DNA of 32,000 nucleotides from Aliivibrio fischeri ES114. GTDB lineage: Bacteria; Pseudomonadota; Gammaproteobacteria; Enterobacterales; Vibrionaceae. Location of the stretch: NCBI RefSeq assembly GCF_000011805.1, contig NC_006841.2; one strand, 5' to 3'. Every line of letters begins with the position of its first letter. The stretch's first letter is position 1. Below the pieces are notes generated by a model. The model was not told the origin of the DNA and made no database searches. It saw only the letters and a program-made list of their open reading frames with translations. A program made the translations under genes and the position numbers. Shown here one piece after another: positions 14,294-21,981 of this stretch.

Positions 14294-15517
14294 TTATCCA
14301 ATAAAGCTAATATAAGCTTGTAAGATAATTAAGTTCGTAATATCAATGAAGAATGCACCTACAATAGGAACCACCATGAATGCTTGAGGTGAGGGTCCAA
14401 AGCGAGATACTAAAGAACCCATGTTCATAACTGCTGTTGGTGTAGCTCCAAGTCCAAATCCACAATGTCCGCCAACCATAACTGCAGCATCATAATTTGA
14501 ACCCATGACTCTAAAAGTAATGAAATAAGAGAACAGGGCTAAAACAATCGTTTGAATCGTTAAGATAATTAAAAATGGAATCGCAAGATCAAAGATGTTC
14601 CATAGTTTTAAACTCATTAGCGCCATTGCTAAAAATAGAGACAAAGAAACGGTCCCAAGGATATCTACGGTTTCATTATCTATCTTTTTAACTTTTGTTA
14701 CTTCACAAATATTAGTAATGAAAACACCAATAAATAACGCATAAACAAAATCAGGAATTTTAAGCCAAGCAATATCGAAACTGTTTACAAAATTACTTAA
14801 ATGCTTAGAGCCGGTAACACAGATAAGCAAGATGAATAAGATTTCAATGACTTTTTTAGCTGTCACTTTGTCTTCTTCACGTTCGTTATAAGTAATTAGC
14901 TCAGGAAAGCGGTCATGAGTATTTGTACCAGCGCCGTATTCAGATTCTAATTTATGTTTTTGAATTAATCGTTGTGCGATAGGGCTACCAATTAAACCAC
15001 CCATAATCAGACCAAACGTAGCTGACGCCATTGCAAGTTCAAGCGTATTTAATTGATAAGCATCGGCAAAGGTTTGTGACCAAGCTGCACCTGTACCGTG
15101 CCCGCCAGATAAAGTAATAGAGCCTGCAATTAAGCCTAGTAGTGGGTCTAAACCCATAGCAGAGGCAAGACCAACACCTACGGCATTTTGTATGATGATA
15201 TAAAACGATGCGACAGCTAAAAATAGAAAGACTTTAGTGCCACCTTTAAGCAATTGAGTGTAATTTGCTGCAAGACCAACGGTACTAAAAAACATTAGCA
15301 TGAAGGTATTTTGAAGTGGCAGAGAAAACTCAAGGCTAATTCCTTGAAAATGCAAAGCCGTAATTGCAAAGGCGACAATTAATCCCCCAACGATAGGCTC
15401 AGGGATATTATATTTTTTGAAAAGGTCAATTTTTGAGTTGATGAAATGACCCAGAAAAAGCACAGCGATTGCTATTAGAAATGATTCTAATGCGCCGATT
15501 GATAGTGAGTTTGTCAT
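14294..15517 (-). CDS. gltS: Sodium/glutamate symporter
   Basis: ~407-aa polytopic membrane protein with GltS-like repeats (ITLSGGHGTGAAW ... GGHCGFGLGATPTAVMNMG). The start is set at ATG 15517 (MTNSLSIG...); the longer ORF to 15541 looks like an extension artefact. Confidence 0.88.
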   Translation of the reverse strand: MTNSLSIGALESFLIAIAVLFLGHFINSKIDLFKKYNIPEPIVGGLIVAFAITALHFQGISLEFSLPLQNTFMLMFFSTVGLAANYTQLLKGGTKVFLFLAVASFYIIIQNAVGVGLASAMGLDPLLGLIAGSITLSGGHGTGAAWSQTFADAYQLNTLELAMASATFGLIMGGLIGSPIAQRLIQKHKLESEYGAGTNTHDRFPELITYNEREEDKVTAKKVIEILFILLICVTGSKHLSNFVNSFDIAWLKIPDFVYALFIGVFITNICEVTKVKKIDNETVDILGTVSLSLFLAMALMSLKLWNIFDLAIPFLIILTIQTIVLALFSYFITFRVMGSNYDAAVMVGGHCGFGLGATPTAVMNMGSLVSRFGPSPQAFMVVPIVGAFFIDITNLIILQAYISFIG

Positions 15518-15550
15518 AATAGCTCGAAATAAATATATCAAACCAAGAGG

Positions 15551-15625
15551 TGTGACGGGAAAGATCGAGATTATGCCAAGTTATTGATAATGTCACTATA
15601 AATATTCACTGTCATAAAAAGTTCA
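15551..15625 (-). repeat. Copy B of the ~75-nt conserved upstream element, 5' of gltS
   Basis: See copy A (2784-2857). It contains the exact shared 21-mer at 15605-15625, in the same orientation and at a similar distance from the downstream start codon. Confidence 0.75.
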
Positions 15626-15663
15626 TAATTCAAATGAGTGAATAATGAACGACTTATGACAGT
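15608..15663. repeat. Long imperfect palindrome between the rodA-like stop and the gltS upstream element
   Basis: Three nested arms: actgtcataa (15608-15617) / ttatgacagt (15654-15663), gttcat (15621-15626) / atgaac (15645-15650), and attca (15628-15632) / tgaat (15639-15643). That gives 21 bp paired over 56 nt. The left half is part of the conserved 21-mer. Confidence 0.7.
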
Positions 15664-15672
15664 AAAAAAGCA

Positions 15673-16770
15673 TTAGAGTCTATCTGGACGGTTTGGCTTG
15701 TATGGTTTGTATAAACACAATGACATGACAATACCAAAGCAAATACCTTGGGTTATCATTGCTGTACCACCATAACTGAAGAAAGGCAGTGGGCTACCCA
15801 TAACTGGAAGTAAACCACTTACCATACCCATATTAATGAAAGCATATAAGAAAAAGCTTAATGCAAAGGTACTACTTACCAAACGAGTAAAGGTGCTTTC
15901 ACTTTGATAAGCTAACCAAATTACTCGTCCAGTGATAAATAAATACAGTGATAGCAGTAGAGCGCAGCCAAAAAATCCCCATTCTTCTGCATAAGTAGAA
16001 AAAATGAAGTCAGTATGACTTTCTGGAATGAACCCCAGGTGTCCTTGTGTCGCATTCATCCAGCCTTTACCGCGTATCCCACCAGAGCCAATAGCGATTA
16101 AAGATTGAATAATTTGGTAACCAGCTCCAAGAGGATCCGACTCAGGGTCAAGAAACTGAGTAACACGCTTCTTCTGATACGCTTCCATAACAAAGATCCA
16201 CAAAAGCGGGACGGCAGTCGCTACGGTTGCTAGAAAAGAGCCGATGATTTTCCAACTCATACCGGCAAAGTACAGGACAAACAGGGCATATATAACAGTA
16301 AAAATGGCACCATCAAGGTCGGGTTGAATAAAAATCAAACCGGCAGGCACAGCAGTAACAAGCAAACAAATCCCTATTTTTTTTAAATCAGGGCGTGTGG
16401 CTTCTGCTGCTAATATCCAAGCAACCATGAGGGGAATGGCAACTTTAACTAATTCGGAAGGTTGAAATCGAATTGGACCTATGACTAACCAACGTTGTGA
16501 ACCGTTAGTGCTATCACCAGCAATAATTACTCCAATGAGAAGAACAACAGCTAACCCATATAGAAAGGGGGCCGAGCGTTGATAGTGCATAGGGGATATG
16601 CCTGACATCACGACGATACAACCAACAGCGATCATTGCTCGTATTAAGTGGCGCTCTAACATAGGCTCACTAAAACCACTTGCGCTCCAAACGGTTAAAG
16701 ATCCAAGCACAATTAATACTAAAATTGCAGCAAGTAAAGCGTAGTCTATTCGTGGTTTGTAGTCATACAT
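15673..16770 (-). CDS. SEDS-family peptidoglycan glycosyltransferase, RodA-like
   Basis: The 365-aa product is colinear with E. coli RodA as I recall it (WSASG, RFQPSELVK, QPDLG/DG, LDPESDPLGAGYQIIQS.IAIGSGG.RGKGW, ESHTDFIF, LPVMGSPLPFFSYGGTA). No class B PBP gene lies adjacent to it. Confidence 0.9.
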   Translation of the reverse strand: MYDYKPRIDYALLAAILVLIVLGSLTVWSASGFSEPMLERHLIRAMIAVGCIVVMSGISPMHYQRSAPFLYGLAVVLLIGVIIAGDSTNGSQRWLVIGPIRFQPSELVKVAIPLMVAWILAAEATRPDLKKIGICLLVTAVPAGLIFIQPDLDGAIFTVIYALFVLYFAGMSWKIIGSFLATVATAVPLLWIFVMEAYQKKRVTQFLDPESDPLGAGYQIIQSLIAIGSGGIRGKGWMNATQGHLGFIPESHTDFIFSTYAEEWGFFGCALLLSLYLFITGRVIWLAYQSESTFTRLVSSTFALSFFLYAFINMGMVSGLLPVMGSPLPFFSYGGTAMITQGICFGIVMSLCLYKPYKPNRPDRL

Positions 16771-16883
16771 AATGTTAATTCATCAGACAAAGTGAAAATA
16801 CACGGTGTTTGCGGTGTTGATAAGGAGACCTAAATTAACCTCTTTATAAATAAATGCAATATATTAATGCCGTAATGAAAGGG

Positions 16884-16915
16884 ATAACCCAACATTTCGC
16901 TTAATGATGGGTTAT
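16884..16915 (-). terminator. Hairpin downstream of the distal RluA-family gene (weak terminator candidate)
   Basis: 8-bp stem ataaccca / tgggttat with a 16-nt loop. The T-tract on the minus strand is poor (ccctttc). Confidence 0.35.
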
Positions 16916-16956
16916 TTTATGCAGTTAGGAGACAAAAATAGGTAAAACATGACGGG

Positions 16957-18663
16957 TTAAAAATCTTCAGGGCACGAGAATTCAACCGTCTCATTGGTTG
17001 TCGGGTGTTTGAATTTTAAATATCCAGCATGTAAATGCAGCCTATCTGCTTTAAAACCATACAAATCATCCCCCACAATAGGGGTATTCAATCCCGCTTG
17101 ATGAGCGCAATGAACACGCAATTGATGCGTTCGCCCCGTATGTGGGTAAAGGTGTACTTTGGTTCGTTTGCCTTCTTGAGCGATGACTTGGTAATGTGTT
17201 TCTGCTTTACGGCCACTTTTATGGTTGACCATTTGGCGAGGACGATCTTCCATATCACCTGTTAACGGTAAATTAATCGTCCCATTATCGGTTTCAATAT
17301 TACCTTCAAGTAATGCGGTATAACGCTTTTCAACCGTACGTTCGATAAATTGTTTTTGAACCTGTTTATTCGATTCAGCAGTTAATGTAAGAACCAATAA
17401 ACCAGAGGTCGACATATCTAAACGATGAACAATCAATGGTCCTGTTGCGTTAGGGTAACGAGCTTGAATACGAGCATGAACAGAATCTGAAATGTATTTT
17501 CCAGATACGGATAAAAACTCGACGGGCTTATTGACGATAACAAGCACATCGTCTTCATATACGATCTCTAATTCTTTACCATAAGACGGAGTTTGCTCTA
17601 ATGGGCTGCCGTCTGTGCTTATTCCTTCAAGCATGTGCTCTAGAATTTCAAAACATTTACTTTGGCATACCGGATAAAGGTTTTTATGCTGGCGAATTTG
17701 ATCATAAGGAGACGCTCCCCACCAAAATTCCCCTAAGGCTAAAGGCGTATAACCCAATGTAAACGCAGTTTGTAAAAGTTTAGGACAGTTTTGTTCACTG
17801 GAATTGGCAATAGGCTCTTGTTTCAGTTGGTCTGAATCACTGCGCTTAAATAAGTCGAATAGGCTTTTAATTACGCCATTTGAATTAAGAAATTGGGTTG
17901 CTTTTAACGTATCAATATGACGTTGTTGTACCAAATTATCATACGTTAATTCCGCTTGTGAAATGCGATACTCATTTTCTTTGAGTTGAGTAGAGAGCGT
18001 CAAAAGCGTGTTTTGCCAATCTTGCTTTAATTGTTTAAATGCTCTTTTTTCTCGACTGCTTTGGTTTCCAAGCTCAGAGATAAGAGCACTTAAATCATCA
18101 GGAGTCAGAGGGGATAGAGTATTTGACTCTGCCTCTGCACGTTGTTGCTTACGTTGCTTTTTAGAGTCCGCCATAGCCTGTTGAAATTGGGTGATTTCAT
18201 GTTCAGCTTGCTGTTGATTAGCGGACAGTTTTTCTTTTAGCTCAATAAACTCTGGGTCATTTTTTAATTGATGAATATGACTTTTTAGATGTTGTAACTC
18301 TGTTCTTTGTTGAGCACAAAGAGAATCGTGATTCGTTTTATCAAAAATAGCATCAACAAAAAAATCAGGCGTGTGGCTTAATTCAGGTTGTTTATCTGCT
18401 TCTTGAGCGGCAAAAGAAGCAAGATAACCAATCTCGCCATCTTGGTTTTTAACTACCAATACACCAAACATTTTTCCGTTAACGGTAAAGTCGTGTTGCC
18501 ACTCATTTTGAGTATCTAAATAGAGTTGCAGATCATCCATTGCTAATCTTGCTAATGGGTGAGGTGTATAATAATACGGGAACGTAAAATGTTGAGGCAG
18601 AGTAATACCGTCAATATCACCAGATAAACGAATAAATTTGTGGGTTAATGTATTGTTACACAT
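16957..18663 (-). CDS. Long-form RluA-family pseudouridine synthase, paralogue 1 (about 370-aa N-terminal extension)
   Basis: The C-terminal ~200 aa carry RluA motifs (HRLDMSTSGLLVL, GRTHQLRVHCAH, HLHA). The N-terminal extension is shared with the upstream paralogue. The start is set at ATG 18663 (MCNNTL...) because it aligns with the paralogue's N-terminus and avoids a 20-nt overlap; an alternative ATG lies at 18687. Confidence 0.85.
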   Translation of the reverse strand: MCNNTLTHKFIRLSGDIDGITLPQHFTFPYYYTPHPLARLAMDDLQLYLDTQNEWQHDFTVNGKMFGVLVVKNQDGEIGYLASFAAQEADKQPELSHTPDFFVDAIFDKTNHDSLCAQQRTELQHLKSHIHQLKNDPEFIELKEKLSANQQQAEHEITQFQQAMADSKKQRKQQRAEAESNTLSPLTPDDLSALISELGNQSSREKRAFKQLKQDWQNTLLTLSTQLKENEYRISQAELTYDNLVQQRHIDTLKATQFLNSNGVIKSLFDLFKRSDSDQLKQEPIANSSEQNCPKLLQTAFTLGYTPLALGEFWWGASPYDQIRQHKNLYPVCQSKCFEILEHMLEGISTDGSPLEQTPSYGKELEIVYEDDVLVIVNKPVEFLSVSGKYISDSVHARIQARYPNATGPLIVHRLDMSTSGLLVLTLTAESNKQVQKQFIERTVEKRYTALLEGNIETDNGTINLPLTGDMEDRPRQMVNHKSGRKAETHYQVIAQEGKRTKVHLYPHTGRTHQLRVHCAHQAGLNTPIVGDDLYGFKADRLHLHAGYLKFKHPTTNETVEFSCPEDF

Positions 18664-18667
18664 GACA

Positions 18668-20368
18668 TTAAAATTCCGCTTCGACATTAAATTCCATCGG
18701 TTCTTTAGTGATAGGATGAATTAACGACAAATAACCTGCATGCAAATGTAAGCGATTTGCTTTTTTTCCATATAAACCATCACCGGTGATTGGCATATTT
18801 AAACCAAGATAATGAGCACAATGCACTCTAAGTTGATGCGTTCGACCTGTTTTAGGGTAAAGATAGACTTTGGTTTTATTCTCCTTACGCTCAATCACTT
18901 GGTAGGTGGTTTCCGCTGGTTTCCCATGCTCAAAACACACTAATTGGCGAGGGCGATCATATAAATCACCACGCATAGGCAAAGTAATTAGTCCTTCATC
19001 TTGTTCTAAAACGCCATCAAGTAGAGCTGTGTAGCGCTTTTCTACCGTTCGATTAATAAATTGTTGTTGTAAGCGTTTGTGTGCTTTTGGCGTAAGGCCT
19101 AAAACCAGTAATCCTGATGTTGCCATATCCAAGCGATGAATTATTAACCCGCCAGTTGCATCGGGGTAACGTTGTTGTATGCGTGCATAAACCGAATCGT
19201 GAATGTTTTTACCTGGAACAGATAAGAAGTCAGCTGGTTTATTGACCACAACCATAAATTCATCTTCATAGACGATTTCAAGATCTTTCCCTTCTGCTGG
19301 GTTGATAAGCAGTGGGTTCTCATCCATTTCTATTCCATCTAGCATATGACCTAAAATTGGCTGGCATTTACTCTGACATGACGCATAGAATTTTTTATGT
19401 TGGCGGATTTCAGATTTTGGGGCAATACCCCACCAAAACTCCGCCAGTGCAAGTGGTGTGAAACCATGTGCAAAGGCATATTGAAGTAATTTAGGTGCAG
19501 CGCATTCGCCGGAACCGGCTGGTGGGATCTGGTTTGGTGTATCTTTGAAAATATCGTTAAGATCTTTCTCAATACCATGTGTATTTAAAAACTTGTATTG
19601 CTGAAATAATTTCTTTTGTAATCCGTTAGATAGATTTTTTCGCTTGGTTTTTAATTCATTAAGTGCGTCTTCTAACTCATTAAGTTGGCATTGAAGGGCG
19701 TTTATTTTTTCGTCCCAAATGAGTTTAATATCACGTAAAGTATTTTTTTCTTTAACGCTTTCTTTGCCAAGTACAACTTTGAGTTGTTCTAATTCCTCTG
19801 CACTTTTTTCAGTACCATCTTGAGCTGTGATTTCAGCCGCTGCTCGTTGTGCTTTACGAGATTTTCGCCCTTCAATCATTACTTGGCGTTGAATTTCTAT
19901 CTGTTGTAGTGAGGCAGTGGTTTCGGATTGGATAGAGGTCGCTAAGTGAGATAATTGTGGATTAGCTTCGAGCTGTTTAATTGTTGCATTGATCTCTGTG
20001 ATTTCTGCAAGTTCTGTTTTGAAAAAACCGTCTTCTTCCAGCATATCAAATACAGGTGGTACAAAATAAGGGAGATGATTACTGTCAGCAATTTTGCCTG
20101 AGAAAGCGGATAAATAGCCAATTTCCCCCGTTGGTGCTTTCACTAATAATACACCAAACATTTTACCAATCGCATTGCTTTTATCACCAGATAGGCCGAA
20201 ATTATGATGCCATTCTTGTTGCGCTTCTAAGTGACGTTGTAACTCTTCTGCTGCAAGTTCACATAAAGGATGTGGTTCATAACAAAAAGGGAAAGTGAAT
20301 TTTTCAGGAAGTGTATAACCGTCGATAGGCTGAGTAAATGAAGTAAAACAAGGGTTGGAGATAGGCAT
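18668..20368 (-). CDS. Long-form RluA-family pseudouridine synthase, paralogue 2
   Basis: It has the same architecture as paralogue 1: HRLDMATSGLLVL (Asp414), GRTHQLRVHCAH, an N-terminal FTFPFCYEPHPL...GKMFGVLLV...GEIGYLSAFSG block, a ~150-aa coiled coil and the block ECAAPKLLQ...FWWG...SCQSKCQPILGHML. Confidence 0.85.
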   Translation of the reverse strand: MPISNPCFTSFTQPIDGYTLPEKFTFPFCYEPHPLCELAAEELQRHLEAQQEWHHNFGLSGDKSNAIGKMFGVLLVKAPTGEIGYLSAFSGKIADSNHLPYFVPPVFDMLEEDGFFKTELAEITEINATIKQLEANPQLSHLATSIQSETTASLQQIEIQRQVMIEGRKSRKAQRAAAEITAQDGTEKSAEELEQLKVVLGKESVKEKNTLRDIKLIWDEKINALQCQLNELEDALNELKTKRKNLSNGLQKKLFQQYKFLNTHGIEKDLNDIFKDTPNQIPPAGSGECAAPKLLQYAFAHGFTPLALAEFWWGIAPKSEIRQHKKFYASCQSKCQPILGHMLDGIEMDENPLLINPAEGKDLEIVYEDEFMVVVNKPADFLSVPGKNIHDSVYARIQQRYPDATGGLIIHRLDMATSGLLVLGLTPKAHKRLQQQFINRTVEKRYTALLDGVLEQDEGLITLPMRGDLYDRPRQLVCFEHGKPAETTYQVIERKENKTKVYLYPKTGRTHQLRVHCAHYLGLNMPITGDGLYGKKANRLHLHAGYLSLIHPITKEPMEFNVEAEF

Positions 20369-20502
20369 AATAGATTTATATTTGAAAGCAAATGAATAGG
20401 GGTAAAGAAGAGTGCGTGGTTCGATATTATATCAAACCACAGCAATACCAATGACCATTAATGGATGAATAGCGATTGATGGTCATTGACAAAAGCAAAT
20501 GA

Positions 20503-20739
20503 TTATTCAGCTGCTTTTACGCGGATTTTAAGTTTACCAAACTTTTTGCCATCTTCAGCGGCGATTGCTGCTAATGCTTCTTCTTCGTCAAGCATTTCAA
20601 CAAAACCAAATCCTTTTGATTCACCTGTAATTTCGTCTAATACTATTTTGCAGTATTTAAATTCTCCGTGTTTTTTAAACATTTCACGTAGTTCAAATTC
20701 AGACATAGTACGAGGAAGATTGCGAACAAGTAATTTCAT
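20503..20739 (-). CDS. RRM-type RNA-binding protein
   Basis: 78 aa with RNP-2 (LLVRNL) and RNP-1 (KGFGFVEM) motifs at canonical spacing. Confidence 0.85.
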   Translation of the reverse strand: MKLLVRNLPRTMSEFELREMFKKHGEFKYCKIVLDEITGESKGFGFVEMLDEEEALAAIAAEDGKKFGKLKIRVKAAE

Positions 20740-20802
20740 GATTAACCATATAATAGTGATTTAAGAGTACGTTATAGCAGAAATTCGGTTCTGGGTATAT
20801 GC

Positions 20803-20844
20803 AAAATAGAAAATCCGAAATAGCGATTAAGCCATTTCGGATTT
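20803..20844 (-). terminator. Rho-independent terminator of the porin gene
   Basis: 11-bp perfect stem aaatccgaaat (20811-20821) / atttcggattt (20834-20844) with a 12-nt loop, followed on the minus strand by tctatttt. Confidence 0.65.
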
Positions 20845-20884
20845 GGTTTTAGCCCTCCACCCAGAGTGCTAAAATTCATAAAAC

Positions 20885-21808
20885 TTAGAAATCGTAGCGT
20901 AGACCAAATTGAATTTGATCATCTAAATCATCAATTTGTTCAAATTTGTATCCTGCATATGTGCGGAAACTTTTGTTTAGCTTGTAGATAGCTTCAATAG
21001 CAACGTTGATTTCAGTGTCTTTGCTATCAACTTCTTGGTAGTTATAAACGCCTTGAAACACCCATTTATCCATTTTATAAGCGGCGGCGAGTTCGTAACC
21101 GGCAGCATCGATCTTGTCGATTTCACCTGTTGTGAATAAACCTGAAACCATGAACGCATCAAGTGTGTAGCGAAGGGCAAGGTTAATTTGGTCGGCATCT
21201 AGCCCAGCTTGTTCACCAGAGGCATAACCTAAACCCAAATCTAAGCCAATTGGTAGGGCATACATGCCAGATAGGCCAAAGCTATCACTTTTCTTAGTAT
21301 TACTTGCAATGTAGTTTGCTTGCACGGTTAGAGCATCGAATTCACCAGAGTATACAAAGTTATTCTCACGTTTATCTTTGTTACCATCCGTTAAGTCTGC
21401 AGCATCACCACCAAAAGTGGCTAAAATATCAGTATAATCAGTAAGCATTACTTGTGCAGAATCTTGTTGTCCGTATGAGAAATTGCCAAAGGCAGTACTT
21501 AGACCAGCAAATAGATAACGGGTATTCACTAGATTGTTTTTTCCATCAGCAATTTCGACTTCATAAGTACCAAACGCACCTAAATCTTCATTAATTTTGG
21601 TTTTACCTTTTAAATTAATGCGTGCACGGCTCTTATCTTGAAATGAGCTCTCGGTTGCTGATTCATTATTATCAGAAATATTTGCACGTGCTTCGGCTCT
21701 GCCACCAACTTTTAATTGAGTGTCATCTTGATCGTAAACCGTAGCTGCTAAAAGAGGAGTTGATACAAAAGATGAAACGATAGCCGTTGATAGTAGTAAT
21801 TTTTTCAT
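20885..21808 (-). CDS. General trimeric porin (Gram-negative porin family)
   Basis: Signal peptide MKKLLLSTAIVSSFVSTPLLAA. The mature N-terminus TVYDQDDTQLKVGGRAEAR, alternating beta-strand pattern and C-terminal FGLRYDF are all typical of porins. The start is set at ATG 21808, not 21835. Confidence 0.85.
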   Translation of the reverse strand: MKKLLLSTAIVSSFVSTPLLAATVYDQDDTQLKVGGRAEARANISDNNESATESSFQDKSRARINLKGKTKINEDLGAFGTYEVEIADGKNNLVNTRYLFAGLSTAFGNFSYGQQDSAQVMLTDYTDILATFGGDAADLTDGNKDKRENNFVYSGEFDALTVQANYIASNTKKSDSFGLSGMYALPIGLDLGLGYASGEQAGLDADQINLALRYTLDAFMVSGLFTTGEIDKIDAAGYELAAAYKMDKWVFQGVYNYQEVDSKDTEINVAIEAIYKLNKSFRTYAGYKFEQIDDLDDQIQFGLRYDF

Positions 21809-21927
21809 TAGATTCCATACCCTTAAATTAACCAAAACACCCCGTTTTGGCCTAGTTATTTGCTTGGGATCTAAGATAGAAAATTCATATTAAAGATTGA
21901 TGTAAGTTTTATTTAACATTTATAAAA

Positions 21928-21969
21928 CTAATGTGTCATCTGTGTGACAACGTTGAGATGACACATTAG
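21928..21969 (-). terminator. 13-bp perfect inverted repeat just downstream of the fhuF-like gene (terminator candidate or operator upstream of the porin)
   Basis: Arms ctaatgtgtcatc (21928-21940) / gatgacacattag (21957-21969) with a 16-nt loop. On the minus strand it is followed by ttttata. Confidence 0.45.
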
Positions 21970-21981
21970 TAGGAGAAAGGA

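Noticed and set aside
2829-15550. Mobile-element hallmarks at the island borders: integrase, transposase, tRNA/tmRNA attachment site, IS inverted repeats, CRISPR, toxin-antitoxin or defence genes.
   Set aside because: I recognised none in any frame. The only border feature is the ~75-nt direct repeat reported as a finding, so I do not call this a mobile element.
16771-16860. Partial resemblance of tattttcactttgtctgatgaa (minus strand, upstream of the rodA-like gene) to the conserved 21-mer, as a possible third copy.
   Set aside because: Only an 8-nt core (ttttcact) matches. It is in the opposite orientation relative to its gene and has indels. This is consistent with chance.
18664-18687. 20-nt overlap between the two RluA-family genes implied by the longest-ORF start at 18687.
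   Set aside because: Aligning the two paralogue N-termini supports the ATG at 18663 (MCNNTL... versus MPISNP...). This gives a 4-nt gap instead. The overlap is probably a longest-ORF artefact, though 18687 cannot be excluded.
20486-20764. 92-aa plus-strand ORF covering the RRM gene, along with nearby 20227-20451, 20056-20298 and 19351-19578.
   Set aside because: The RRM reading frame has canonical RNP-1 and RNP-2 motifs. The opposite-strand ORF is low-complexity (Ser/Asn/Ile-rich). The others overlap the RluA-family gene or its upstream spacer without support.
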